A stretch of DNA of 64,000 bases, taken from Felis catus. Taxonomy: Eukaryota. This document shows positions 24,492 to 36,633 of the stretch, one piece after another. The stretch is taken from the NCBI RefSeq assembly GCF_018350175.1, contig NC_058374.1:83328001-83392000 (forward strand), read 5' to 3'. Under the pieces are notes generated by a model, which made no database searches, had not been told where the DNA came from, and saw only the letters and a program-made list of their open reading frames with translations. How positions within the stretch are numbered: position 1 is the first letter of the stretch; every line of letters starts with the position of its first letter. The translations under genes and the position numbers were made by a program.

Positions 24492-26328
24492 GGCTTTGCA
24501 GGGAACAGGCAGACAGGCTATGATCAGAAAAGGGTCTGGCCTCCTCAGTCAGGATGGCTGTATAGGCAGTCTGGCCTCCAGGCTCTCTGGCATGAAGTCT
24601 TTAATTTCCCTCCTGATCATTGTCTTTCCGGAACATTTTTTCCTATCCTCAACCTGTCTGCTCTTTGGACTACTTTTGTAAGTGCTGACATATGCCCTTG
24701 AAAATCCCAAATCCTGCCCAGAAAGATAGCTTGCTATCAGCAGGGCTCCCTCACCCTTTCCCTGCCCTCTGCTCTCTGTGTCCATGTGACTACACATGGG
24801 GTGACATGGGCCACTCTGCACTGGGTCCCAGGTTTAGAGCTGTTTCATTGTTCTGCCAGCATGCTGGGCCTTGACATTCCCAAGCTCAGGAGGGTTCTTA
24901 ATGGGAAGCTACACTTTGATTCAAGACACATTTGCATTCAACATGCTCTCTGGGCCTGGGTTTCATCATCTGGCTCAGGACACAGAATTCATTCCTCAGG
25001 AATCTAAGTCACTGTCAGCCTCTCGAGGGGTTAGAAGGAGAAGGCAGAGAGTATAAGGTCCCCTCCCTTTAGTAGGGAAGGGGCAGAAAGGTGTTCAGGA
25101 GACTAAAGGGGTGTCTGATATCGGAGGCAAAGTTGGGGGAGAAGGGAATGAAGGTGGGCACACGCAGGAGAGAGACTGTTCCCAGTTGCTGGGAACGTTG
25201 AAAGGAAGCACTTCAGCAAAGCGGGGCTCACAGCTGCTACCCTTTCAGCAGCCCCGGGTGCCTGCCTACATTGCCCTCTGCCCCTCCCACATCCAGAATT
25301 TCAGCACAGACTCGGAAGGCAGAAAAGACTGGCTTGCACAGGACCTAAAACCTCACGCAAGCAGGGAGGGCTGTAAGCCCCATAACTGCAAAAATATCCA
25401 TTCAGTTGTATCCCAATGATGGTGGGGAGGAGGGGGGAGCTGCCCCCTCAGCAGACTCAAGATAGGACTGGAGACTGGACGGAATAGCTGCCCATGGAGG
25501 GGCTTCAGGATGAGGCAGATGACATCACATCATAAAAGAAGAGTGGGCACAGCTGGCGATGGGGCGGCTTTCTCAGGGCACCCCGGTGGCCTCTGGCAGG
25601 ATTGGGCTCTAGTCCCTGCTTACATCCACTGAAATGTACCAAGCTCCTTCCCCAGAAAAGAAGCCTGGGAGGGAGGGGGTCATGCAATAGTTCAAGGGAT
25701 ATTGAGGCCGGCTTACATTGGACCTCTTCGCCCTCGAGGCTCACCTGCCATTGTGGCAGGACCATTGAGTTGCGGCCCTAGGCAGAGCCCTTCAATAGGT
25801 TTCTGTGGTTGTGTCCTTCAGGAAGCACTGGCAGAAATCAGAGACCTAACCGGTGCACAGCTCCCTGACACTCTGGAAAGACAATCTGGATGTGGTCCCA
25901 AACACCATTCCACTTGAACATCTCTCCCCAAGAGGCCACAGAATGGCTGGATAAGCATTGTTTGGGGGGGAGGGGTAGAGAAATGGTAGAAATCCAGAAA
26001 CTCCAGGTAAAGCCTGAAGCAATGATTTCATCTGATTGAAGCAGTATGGGTCGCCCATGTGCTGAACACTAGAGCCTTGAAGGCTGCAGCCCCTCGGGGG
26101 CAGGGACTGAGTCTCACCAGTTTTAGTCTTCTAGTACCTGGCAGCACCTGGCGTCCTACAAGATGAACACATGCGAAAGTAGATGACCCTCCAGCATCCC
26201 ACTTCCCTCTCCATTTTCACCTGCATTTCTCACATTGTCCTGCCGTCAGATTCCCCAAAGCCTCCCTTCCTCCCCTCTTAATGAGGGAGGAGGTTCAGGA
26301 TGATCTTGTGAGTCCTTTCCATTTCAAC

Positions 26329-26380
26329 TCTCGGGGAGTCTAAGAATCTCGGGGAGTCTAAGAATCTCGGGGAGTCTAAG
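26329..26380. repeat. 18-bp minisatellite tctcggggagtctaagaa x ~2.9
   Basis: Read directly. Confidence 0.95.
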
Positions 26381-28939
26381 GTCAAGAGGGAACCTTAGGA
26401 AGTCGAGGCCTCCGGAAACGCTGGAGAAGTCAAGGGGCGTTGCCGTCCAGCCCAGGTTACACGCTCAACAAAAGTTAGGAGAAACTGACTAAATCTGGGA
26501 TCAACAAGGAGTGTCAGCACATCTACGGAGACCCTGGGGGAGGTGCTAGGGATCAGGAAGTGGAGGGGGGAGAGTTCCGAGGGAGGGACAAAAGCCAGGA
26601 GATGGATAGGAAATTACAGGGTGGGGAAGAGTGAAGGCATGCTGGGAGGCTGCTGGGTGGTGCCAGTTTCCCTGGGGACCTTCCAGTGTCTGTCGGTCCC
26701 TCAGAGCCTCCTCTTCCTGGTACTAACCTTGCACACCTCCACATATATTCTCTTGGGAAATCATAGGGAGGAAACAGTTGTCCTTCATCTTGTGACAGCA
26801 AAGACATTTCACCTCCCATTTCTCAACCCCTCCCCAGGTCATTCCATGCTTCTCTCCGCCTCCACAAAGGGGACTTTGCTCTCACTCAAGAAATTTCCCA
26901 GAATTCCAAAGGCTGAGTCACCTCCACCCAAGTGTATGCTGTGCTTCTAAAACTTTTTTTATCCACAAAAGGCACTTCGAGGGCGGTCAGTTTTAACCTT
27001 TTGGACATTGTGGATCCTTTTGAGAATCTAAGGAAGACTCTAAGCCCCATAAAAATGACTTAACACAACATACGGGATTTTGAATATGCTTTTCAGGCAG
27101 TTCGCAGACCACCTAAAGCCATTAGGTGCCAGGAATCTAGGTCAAGAATCCCTATAATAAGGATTTACAGTGTCACACAGGCTAGTTGTTTAACCTCTCC
27201 GTGCCTCACGACATGATAGAAGCCTTGCTTATGACAGTGTAACAACTTAATGAGGATCAAACAGTACATGTCAATCACAAATGCTAACTTGTCGCTATAT
27301 CGCTTTTGTGGTAATTCATAGTGGCATTGGGAATATTCTTGACCTTTCACGTGAGAAACAGAACACCAGACAACTAAATGAAAGAGGAAGCTGGTGTCGA
27401 TCCAACTGAGAGAAAAACGGCTCATAGTGGTGGGACTGGGCAGAGGTATCTCAACGTAATTCCCCAAGAAGGGATCTCTCCTTCCTCATCCCCAAATAGT
27501 GGGAAAGGAACATGCTTATGCCAAGCACTTTACGTATCTCGTACGTCCCATACAATAACCCCTGAAGGAAGCATCAGTCACCTCACTTTACATATAAGGA
27601 AACTAAGACTCAGAAGGGTAAAGTGACTTGTGCAAAGTCACACAGCTACTAAGTAACAGAACACGGTGTCAAAGTCAGGTCTGGTCCCCGAAGTAGCGTT
27701 AGCTCCACTGTGCCTCAGCGAAGAGCGAGTAAGCAGGAAAGAGCTGAGCAGAGCCAAGGACAGGGTCGCTGGACCACATCCTTCTTTAGGACACCCGGGG
27801 GCCAGGCTGGTGCTGTTGGGCAGATAAGGCTGCCTCCCTGGCAGGGGGAAGCTGCGGCAGGAGGGCCAAATGACCTCTGTGGCTGGGCTTGGCTTCTGTA
27901 CTCAGTGACCTGCTGGCAGCTAGGCTGGGAGCGGAAGTACAGTCGTTGCCAAACTCCTCAGCCTAAACCAGTCCGCAGTCCATCCGCCCTCAACCCACAA
28001 AGTAGGGTCCTCGGCCACACAGGCCAGACGGCCTGCCCAGCCCTCCTTCCAGGGTCCAGGCACAAGCCCTTGGCCCCCACCTGACCCTGGGAAGCTGCCT
28101 GCTTTTATCTGTGCCTCCAATAACTCCTCCCTGGTACCTTCCTTCCTTTCTGATTGTTGATTACAATATCTTGTCTACATTTTTTGGAAAAAAAAGTTGG
28201 GGAGGTGGTAGGAAGGAGAAAGAGCAAATTTCCAGGAATTGTTTTGCTGCTGCTGTTCCTGTTACTTGGAGCAAAGCTGCGTGCTGCTCCCCTCCTGCTC
28301 AGGTTGGCAAGAAGCCTGGGTCCTGCCCCCTCTGTCTGTCCCTTCCTTCCAATCTCTCTCTCTCCAGCTGCACACCTCCTCCCTCCAAAGAAAAACAGCC
28401 CCATGAAAACTGCAGAGCTGTCACTTATTTCTTCCTGAGGGAGCAGCTTTCCCTCTGTGCCTCTGCCAGAAGGCACCCCATCATTTCCTCCTGCTGCACA
28501 TACACATTCAGTGATGTGGGGGAAGGGGGGCCGGGGAGCAGGTGGAGGGTGATGTCTCCATACGGGAGGGAAAAGATCCTGGGGTCAAAGATTCGGAGAC
28601 CCAGGAGACATGAGCCACTCGAGTGCAGTCTTGAGAGGAATGGAAATGGCCATGAGTCAGAATGTGTAGAGAGAAAGAACAGAGATGAGAACTAGGTCTT
28701 CCTGGAGGGTGCTTGATCTAGTAGAGCCTCCACCTGCATGGGTCAAAGGTATGGAGAAGGAAGTGAGAATTTTCAGAAGGCTCTCTATTAAAAAACGATA
28801 TCCATAGGATAGAAACTGGGATCCAAAAGAGAGAGAAAATAGAACTGTCTGAAAAATCAAAGTAAACCACATTTTACATTGTCATAGCTCATCATGACGG
28901 ATTTCTTGGTCTAGGGGCGGTCTGATGTGTGAGTAGAAG

Positions 28940-29655
28940 TGTGACATGATAAGAAATATATACTTGGTCTCTGCCCCCAATTCCTGAGCTCTTAAATCCC
29001 TTGGAATTTCCCAGATAGTTTCAGGATGGGGACTGACTCCCAGAAAGACCAAGCCTTGCCTAGATGCTTGGAACGCCCAACCTCACCTCCTGTCCTCTGG
29101 GAAGAAGTCAGAGACTAGAGTTATAATTTATAATAGATCATGCCTTTATGTTGAAGCAGGCATAAAAATTCCAAAACTGTGAGGTTCAGAGAGCTTCTGG
29201 GTCGGTGAACATATCCACATGCCAGGAGGCCAGTGTACCCAACTCCATGGGAACAAAGCTCAGGACCCTTCCCGACCTCACACTATATACTCCTTATCTG
29301 GCTGTGCATTCGTATCCTTTATAATAAACCAGTAAACAAAGTAAATGTTTCCCTGAGTTTTGTGAGCCATGCCAGCAAATTATTGACACAGAGGTGGGGG
29401 GATTATGGGGACTTTGTAACCATGTTGGACAGAGTCATGTTTGTGACTGGCATCTAAAGTGAGAACAATCCTGTGGGACTGAGCCCTTAAACCTGTGGAG
29501 TCTGACACAAACTTCAGGTTGGTGCCAGAATTGATACATTTTAGGACACCCACGGTTATAGGGTGTCTGGGAGTTGGAAAACTAATTGGTATTGGAGAAA
29601 AACCCCTACATATTTGGTGTCAGAAGTGTTATGAATAGAGAAACAGTTTTTCTAT
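28940..29655 (+). mobile_element. MER21-like ERV solo LTR
   Basis: Start tgtgacatgataagaaatatatacttggtc; internal gttcagagagcttctggg, aataaaccagtaa..ccctgagttttgtgagcc, gggactgagcccttaaacctgtggagtctgac, ttggtgtcagaagtg. Confidence 0.75.
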
Positions 29656-29683
29656 AGAAGGCTTTAAGAAACTTGCAGAATTA

Positions 29684-29895
29684 GGGGCGCCTGGGTGGCT
29701 CAGTTGGTTGAGTGACCGACTTCGGCTCAGGTCATGATCTCACAGTTTGTGAGTTCGAGCCCCGCGCCAGGCTCTGTGCTGACAGCTGGGAGCCTGGAGC
29801 CTGCTTCCAATTCTGGGTCTCCCTCTCTCTCTGCCCCTCCCCCTCATGCTCTGTCTCTCTCTGTCTCAGAAATAAATAAACATAAAAAAAAAAAA
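29684..29895 (+). mobile_element. Can-SINE (feline)
   Basis: Canonical head and tail; degenerate TSD aagaaa(c/a)ttgca(g/a)aatt. Confidence 0.92.
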
Positions 29896-30147
29896 GAAAA
29901 TTGCAAAATTAAAAATATCCCCTCTTGTGGTGATAGTTGCACAACAATGGGAATATCCTTAATTAATTAAAGTATTAATTAACCAATGAAAGTATTAATT
30001 ACCTTAAATAATTAATTAATTACACCCAATGTGGGGCTTAAACTCATGACTCCCAGATCAAGAGTCACATGTTCTAACAACTGAGCCAGCCAGGTACCCC
30101 TTACTTAATGCTACTGAACTATATAATTAAAAACAGCTAAAATGGTG

Positions 30148-30362
30148 GGATGCCTGGGTGGTTCAGTCGGTTAAGCATAGGACTTTGGCTCAGATCACGA
30201 TTTCACGGTTTGTGGGTTCGAGCCCCGCGTCAGGCTCTGTGCTGACAGCTCAGAGCCTGAAGCCTGCTTCGGATTCTGTGTCTCTCTCTCTCTCTGCACC
30301 TCCCCCGCTCATGTTCTCTCTCTCTCTGTCTCTCCAAAATAAATAAACTTAAAAAAAAAAAA
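30148..30362 (+). mobile_element. Can-SINE inserted in an old L1M 3' end (~29905-30412)
   Basis: Canonical SINE; TSD agctaa(a/g)atggt; flanks resemble the L1MB tail. Confidence 0.85.
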
Positions 30363-30439
30363 GCTAAGATGGTAAATTTGACGTTATATTTATTTCACTA
30401 CAACAAAAAATTAATTAGCAATCTTAAAAAAAATCACCT

Positions 30440-30842
30440 CCTTGAATGGATAAACAGAATGTGGCCTCTCCATGCAATGGACCATTAGACATAAAAGGTC
30501 ATGAAATGCATATACGTGCTATAATGAGGATGAACCTCAGAAACGTTACGTGAAGTGGAAAAAAAAAGACACAAGGGTCACGCATTGTATGATTCCATTT
30601 ATGTTAAATATGCATGATAGGTAAATCCACAGAGACAGAAAGCAGAATGGTTATTGCCAGGGGCTGGGAGAAGAGGGAAGTAGGCAGTGCTTACGGGGTA
30701 TAGGGTTTTCTTCGGCGGTTATGAAAATGTTAGGACCTAGAGAGGGGTGGTGGTCACATAATAACATCAATGTACTAAACTCCACTGACCTGTACACTGT
30801 AAGCCGGTTAATATTGTTATGGGAACTTCACCTCGATTAAAT
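30440..30842 (+). mobile_element. L1MB-like 3' end fragment
   Basis: gaatggataaacagaatgtgg...gatgaacctcagaaacgtt...attgtatgattccatttatg...gagacagaaagcagaatggttattgccaggggctgg. Confidence 0.8.
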
Positions 30843-31779
30843 ATGCGTACGCAATCCCCTCCAGCCAACACACCTTGAGCCGCAAGGCTCATGAGACGGG
30901 CTACCTCTCTGGGCTTAACAGAAGATGAGAAAGCCCATCCTTTCTCCCCGCAGGGGATACCACAGGGTATGTCAGGGGTCAAACGATTAACTGAGGTGAA
31001 AGTAGGCTGCGAAGCAGGAGGCTCTGCTGACACATCCATGGACTCTGAGCCTTGCCCTCTAGCTTGGCAGGAGAGAGAAGCTTGGTGTCCCTCTCTCTCA
31101 GCCACCCTTGGCCACACTTCACGAGAAGTATGAGGCGGTGGGGGAAGGATGCTGTTCTCCCCCTCCGGGTCTAGGAGACTCCCTGAAGCTCAGTGCAGCC
31201 CCCTTTCCCACCCCACATTTAATCCTCCCTCTGTGTCCAGCTTCGCACCCCAGAGCCAAGATGCAGGCTGGGGAGAATGGCAAGGGATGGGTGCGAGCCA
31301 GCGGCAAAGGGCAGAGTGACTAAAAGCCTGGCTGATTTTCAGATTTCTTTTAGCCCGCCCAACCACATCCAGTTCTGCTTTTGTAGGAATCAACAGACAG
31401 GGGAGAGTGGGATTCCAAGCCAATTTAGAGTGGAAAGCACATATGTGTGTAAAGCATTGACCACAGGCCCAGCCCTGTGCTGAGCACTTTACCTTGTTGG
31501 CTCACTTAATTCTCACAACACCCCTGTTAGTAGATATTATCGTCCCATTTTGCAGAGGAGAGGACTGAGGCTTAAGGAGGCAAATTCCCATAGCTAGTGA
31601 GTCAAGAGTCTGGATTTTAATACTTGCAGCCTGACTCCTCCCCGCCCCTGGCACACTGGGTCTTCTGCTGTGACTTCCCCTCTATCTGGATTGGGGGAAG
31701 GCAGGAAAAACACTGACCCTCTCCCACAGAGCCTCAGCCAGTGACACTGCTTCCTGGATGAGAAGGACGGCCCTGAAGC

Positions 31780-31893
31780 CCACAGCAAAGCCAGCCCCAC
31801 AGCCACAGTCCCTCCAGTCTCCTTGCAGCTCCCCAGCAGCCCAGACCCACCACCGGCCCTCCAGGACCAGAGGCGCTCCAGACAGAAACTCAG
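31780..31893 (+). other. GPR182: Putative non-coding exon 1 of GPR182 (5' end uncertain)
   Basis: CAG|GTGGGT donor at 31893/31894; matching polypyrimidine-AG acceptor at 32417-32418, 16 nt before the ATG. Confidence 0.4.
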
Positions 31894-31992
31894 GTGGGTG
31901 TCACCCTCTCTCAGGGAAGAAGGGAATCAGGGCTTGAAGATAATTGGCTTTTCTGCACAATCCACAAATGTTCCTAGGGATAAATCAGAGGG

Positions 31993-32015
31993 GTGTGTGT
32001 GTGTGTGTGTGTGTG
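31993..32015. repeat. (GT)n microsatellite
   Basis: Read directly. Confidence 0.95.
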
Positions 32016-32434
32016 CACATCCATAGCCCAGATGGCGGGACAGAGTTAAGACTTCCTAAGGAAGGCCCACACGAAAGGGCCAAGGGGAGAAGTTCCAGGA
32101 GAGAAGTGGAGGTCAGAGATGGCCTGGGGCTGGAGATAGGGTGGGACCGGCCAGGCTGGGGAGGAACCTGGTCAGGCACCAACAGTTCTGGTCTCTCCCA
32201 CCACTGAGCCCTAAGAAAATGTCTCTGCTCGCAGGTCAAAGCTGGCAAGGGAGCTGTGTACTGTTTATACACAGTTTGAATATTTAAACTGCCTTTCTTG
32301 CCTCTTCAGACCCAGAATCTTCCCCCAAAGCCTCCTGGTCCCGGTAGCCCACTAACTTGAGGCTTAAGGCTGCTTTTGAGGTCTCCGTTCTCTTCCAACC
32401 CTCTCTTCTCCCCACCAGGCATTTGCTGGTCCTG

Positions 32435-33580
32435 ATGTCAGTCAGGGACAACATGGGGCCTACCCCCTCGGACGGGTTCACCACAGCACCTGCCAGTGAC
32501 TTTGGGGAGATCCACAACTGGAATGAACTGCTCTATTTCTTCAACCACACTTTGCCCGAGTGCCACATGGAGCTCAGGGAGGACACCAAGCAAGTGACCC
32601 TCTTTGTCCTCTACCTGGCCATCTTCGTGGTGGGGCTGGTGGAGAACCTCCTGGTGATCTGCGTCAACTGGCGCTGCCTGGGCCGGGCGGGGCTGCTCAA
32701 CCTCTACGTTCTCAACATGGCCATAGCGGACCNNNNNNNNNNNNNNNNNNNNNNNNNNNNNNNNNNNNNNNNNNNNNNNNNNNNNNNNNNNNNNNNNNNN
32801 NNNNNNNNNNNNNNNNNNNNNNNNNNNNNNNNNNNNNNNNNNNNNNNNNNNNNNNNNNNNNNNNNNNNNNNNNNNNNNNNNNNNNNNNACGTCACCCTCA
32901 CCAACACCTCTCCCTCCTGGCAGCGCCACCAGCACCGGATGCGGCGGGCCGTGTGCGCGGGTGTCTGGGTCCTCTCTGCCGTCATCCCACTGCCCGAGGT
33001 GGTGCACATCCAGCTGGTGGAGAGCTCGGAGCCCATGTGCCTCTTCATGGCGCCCTTTGAAACGTACAACACGTGGGCCCTGGTGGTGGCCCTGTCCACC
33101 ACCGTCCTGGGCTTCGTGCTGCCCTTCCCTCTCATGGTGATCTTCAACGTGCTGACGGCCTGCCGGCTTCGGCAGGCGGGATGGCCAGAGGGCCGGCGCC
33201 ACTGCCTGCTGGTGTGTGCCTACGTGGCCGTCTTTGCCGTCTGCTGGCTGCCCTACCACGTGACCCTGCTGCTGCTCACGCTGCACGGGACCCACGTCTC
33301 CCTCCACTGCTACCTGGTCCACCTGCTGTACTTCTTCTACGACATCATTGACTGCTTCTCCATGCTCCACTGTGTCGTCAACCCTATCCTCTACAACTTT
33401 CTCAGCCCGAGATTCCGGGACCAGCTGCTGAGTGCTGTGGTCCATTACCTTCCCAAGGTCCGGGCCAGGGGGGACAGACGTGCTTCCTCCCTCTCCTCCT
33501 CCTCCACTCAGCACTCCATCGTCATCATCAAGGAGGGCGCCCAGCCCGCCACAGCAGGCCCCAGCAACACCCAGGCCTGA
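32435..33580 (+). CDS. GPR182: GPR182 (ACKR5), atypical chemokine receptor, 381 aa counting 53 unresolved codons
   Basis: MSVRDNMGPTPSDG..GEIHNWNELL..LYLAIFVVGLVENLLV..LNMAIAD, (DR)YVTLT, CWLPYH, NPILY; single coding exon. The ORF-track start at 32357 lies in the intron. N gap at 32733-32888. Confidence 0.95.
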   Translation: MSVRDNMGPTPSDGFTTAPASDFGEIHNWNELLYFFNHTLPECHMELREDTKQVTLFVLYLAIFVVGLVENLLVICVNWRCLGRAGLLNLYVLNMAIADXXXXXXXXXXXXXXXXXXXXXXXXXXXXXXXXXXXXXXXXXXXXXXXXXXXXXVTLTNTSPSWQRHQHRMRRAVCAGVWVLSAVIPLPEVVHIQLVESSEPMCLFMAPFETYNTWALVVALSTTVLGFVLPFPLMVIFNVLTACRLRQAGWPEGRRHCLLVCAYVAVFAVCWLPYHVTLLLLTLHGTHVSLHCYLVHLLYFFYDIIDCFSMLHCVVNPILYNFLSPRFRDQLLSAVVHYLPKVRARGDRRASSLSSSSTQHSIVIIKEGAQPATAGPSNTQA

Positions 33581-34562
33581 ACTTCTAAGCGCCAACTACC
33601 TCGCCCATCTCTGCCCCTCAGCCTCTCCTAGGCAGCTGAGGTAGATCCCACTCTTCTCCATCAGCAAACTAGGAGGCTAGACGTGTAGGTGAGAGATTTT
33701 TTGGGGGGGGGGGGGGGGAAGGGTCAGAACACTCATGGTTAATTTTGAGTATGTCCTGTAATATTGAGGTGAGAGGAGGAGAGGGGGCCAGGGAGGGGTC
33801 GAGAACAAGTCCTCAGTGTTGTACTATTTGTCTCGGTCCTCAGGACTAAAGAAGACACTCAGGAAAAAAAAAAAAAGTGAAATAAATAACAGAGACAGCC
33901 ATGACTCTGGCTCTTTCAAAACTCTGTACTTCCAGCTGGGATAGGCTAAAGAGATGCTCAACAGAGACGCACTCATTTCAGCAATCACCCTGGCCGGAAG
34001 GAGTGTGCTCCACAGGGAGCTCACACAACTTTCCTTTTGTGTTTGTGTGTTGCTGTTCTCCCAGAGAACTATGCAGGCTGTGAGGACAAGAGGTCAGAGG
34101 CCAAGGAACCAGGAGGCCTCAGCAGGACGTTTCCTAGCATCCTCAGTGAGATGACAAATGGAGGGGGGTGAAGCAGAGGTCTGGCTCCCCACCCTTCCCA
34201 CCATCCAGGAAGTGGCTCCATTTCCTTGCTGATACTCTCCCCTTCATCCATCCTGCTTCCCTCCCCCCGAAGCAGAGGAGCCATCCCAGAGTCAGTGCTC
34301 CTCACAGCCCACCTGCTCCTGGCTTCAGATCTAGGACATCTCCAGACTTCTAGAAAGAGAGGCTATCAGAAATCCATCCCCATCCCGTGCTTTCTCTCCA
34401 GATCATAGGAAAATATCAAAGGATGTCCATTCTGGGAGCAGACCTTGGGACAGCCAGCAGCAGGCACTGACAGATGCTCTGTCCCTCAGCCCTTGTCCCC
34501 TGCATGGGATGGGGAGGCAGAAATTTTCTGATTCTGTCACAGGGCAGAGTTCTGGTATTCTT

Positions 34563-34774
34563 ACTTTTTAAAAAATGTTTATTTATTCATCTTTGAGACC
34601 AAAAGAGTACAAGTAGGGGAGGGGCCGAGAGAGGGGGAGACACAGAAGCCAAAGCAGGCTCTAGGCTCTGCGTTGTCAGCACAGAGCCCGAGGTGGGGCT
34701 TGAACTCACAAACTGTGAGATCATGACCTGAGCTGAAGTTGGACGCTTAACCGACTGAGCCACCCAGGGGCCCC
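34563..34774 (-). mobile_element. Can-SINE
   Basis: TSD tctggtattctt on both sides. Confidence 0.9.
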
Positions 34775-34921
34775 GCTCTGGTATTCTTCTAAGTCTGTTC
34801 TCACCGCTAAACTTCATTCTCCTTGGCCAGGTCTTTTCATAATTTTCCTGTCCTGCAACTTCTATTCATGCTTGTCTTATAGATAGGAAATGAAGTCTTC
34901 TTATTAATAAGTAGGTCTTCT

Positions 34922-35103
34922 GGGGGCACCTGGTGACTCAGTCGGTTAAGCATCCAACTCTTGATCTTGGCTCAGGTCATGATCTCAAGGTTTGTGAGAG
35001 TGCAGAGCCTGCTTGGGGTTCTCTCTGCTCCCCCCCTACTCATACTGTCTGTCTCTCAAAATAAAAGACAATTTTTAAAATCCTAAAAAAAAAAAAAAAA
35101 AAT
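34922..35103 (+). mobile_element. Can-SINE (internally shortened)
   Basis: TSD taggtcttctg. Confidence 0.88.
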
Positions 35104-35132
35104 TAGGTCTTCTGTAAACAACTCATTTATCA

Positions 35133-35352
35133 GGGTCCCTGGGTGGCTCAGTCAGTTGAGCGTCCAACCTCAGCTCAGGTCATGATCTCACAGTTCGTGG
35201 GTTCGAGCCCCGCATTGGGCTCTATGCTGACAGCTTGGAGCCTGGAGGCTGCTTAGGATTCTATGTCTGCTTCTCTCTCTGCCCCTCCCCCACTCATGCA
35301 TTGTCTCTCTCTCTCTCTGTCAAATAAAACATTAAAAAAAAATCTTTTTTTA
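35133..35352 (+). mobile_element. Can-SINE
   Basis: TSD actcatttatcag. Confidence 0.9.
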
Positions 35353-36627
35353 AAGACTCATTTATCAGTTAGGGTCTAGGCCCGTGTCCACAAAGGCAAG
35401 GCCTAAGAACATGATCCACTGGTTCCAAGTCTCTGGCCTCCTAGTCCTGGCTGTGGAGAATGAAGGGCTTGTGGGCATAATCACTGAGAGCCTCTGTTCT
35501 GCTCAAGGGCTCAGTATTTCTGGAATGTTTAACTTGGAACAACCATTCACTGACCCAGAGTGCTCTCTCCTCTGTTCTTAGAAATCTGAAACCATATTCA
35601 CCAGATGCATGAAACACGTGCTCCAATAGTGTACATACCCGTGCATCAGGAGCACAGAGGGAAATCCCCCTATGATCCTCCTGCTCGTTGGGCCCAAATC
35701 TCAAAGGGTCTTAAGTGACAAACAGCTGCTCAGTGGCACAGAGCTGAGGGCTTTTTCAACCAGGAGAGTCCAGGTTGTGACATGGGGTTGCAGTAAGGGT
35801 TTAAGCCAGTAATACAGAAAATGCACTAAAGACCCTCGTCCCTTGTGCTCATATAAAAACCAAGCCAAAATCTGATGCCTACATCACTGCCTCCTCGGAC
35901 TTGGGCTCCAGAAGCTTCCTAAAGGGAACCTAATTTTACACCGGTCCTATCCCAGGTGACCTCAGAGGCCATCTCCCCACGGTCTCACTCTTCTCACAGA
36001 TTTCTCTGGCAACCGCTGTCACCCAGGGCAGTATGAATACCTCCTCAGGGCCTCGGGAGGACAGAGAACCAGTGATACTGACCACAGCAAGGCTGCTCGG
36101 CTCAGCACTGACTGAGCACCGCTGGGGGTCACGCCTGGCCACTGTGCTGAGACCAAATGGGCCACATCACGCCCCAGCCTCTGGGGTCTATCTCCTTCTC
36201 TGTGGAGGTACATTTGTTATCCACCTCGTGAGATTGTGCCAAACCTCCACCTCCTCCCTGATTCTGCCTCTCTCCGCTCCAACATACCATGTCAGTGAAT
36301 CCGATGGCACTGGCAGGACACTTTGAGGCCAAATCTCTTGTCCAGCTAGACATGAGCAAGAGTCCCACTACTCTCTGAGCCAATGGAAGATCCCCTCAGG
36401 GAGGCTTCCCCTGGAAAGGTTGGGTTATTGACTTAATTTCCCACTAAAAACAGGTCAACAAGTCAGCCCTGGGGGATTCCAGCTACAGGAAAGGAAGCTG
36501 CCACCTGGAAGAATCCTGGCAGCTGCTGAGAAAGCTGCCGCTAACGGGTGCTGGGCTCTGATCTCAACAAGGGACAGTAACCCCAGTCAGTAGGAAAAGA
36601 ATTCTCGTTTCAAATTTCCTTTTTTTT

Positions 36628-36633
36628 TTTATT
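36628..36633 (-). promoter_or_regulatory. ZBTB39: Candidate ZBTB39 polyA signal (implies a ~4.2-kb 3'UTR)
   Basis: Minus-strand AATAAA at the end of an AT-rich stretch. Confidence 0.55.

Noticed and set aside
22111-26380. Short direct repeats as a possible CRISPR-like array
   Set aside because: Eukaryotic context, units directly adjacent with no unique spacers; ordinary tandem duplications.
29955-30022. Palindromic TTAATTAA-rich stretch
   Set aside because: Low-complexity tail of a short SINE inside an L1 fragment.
32438-33595. 385-aa minus-strand ORF
   Set aside because: Antisense shadow of GPR182, artificially continued through the N gap.
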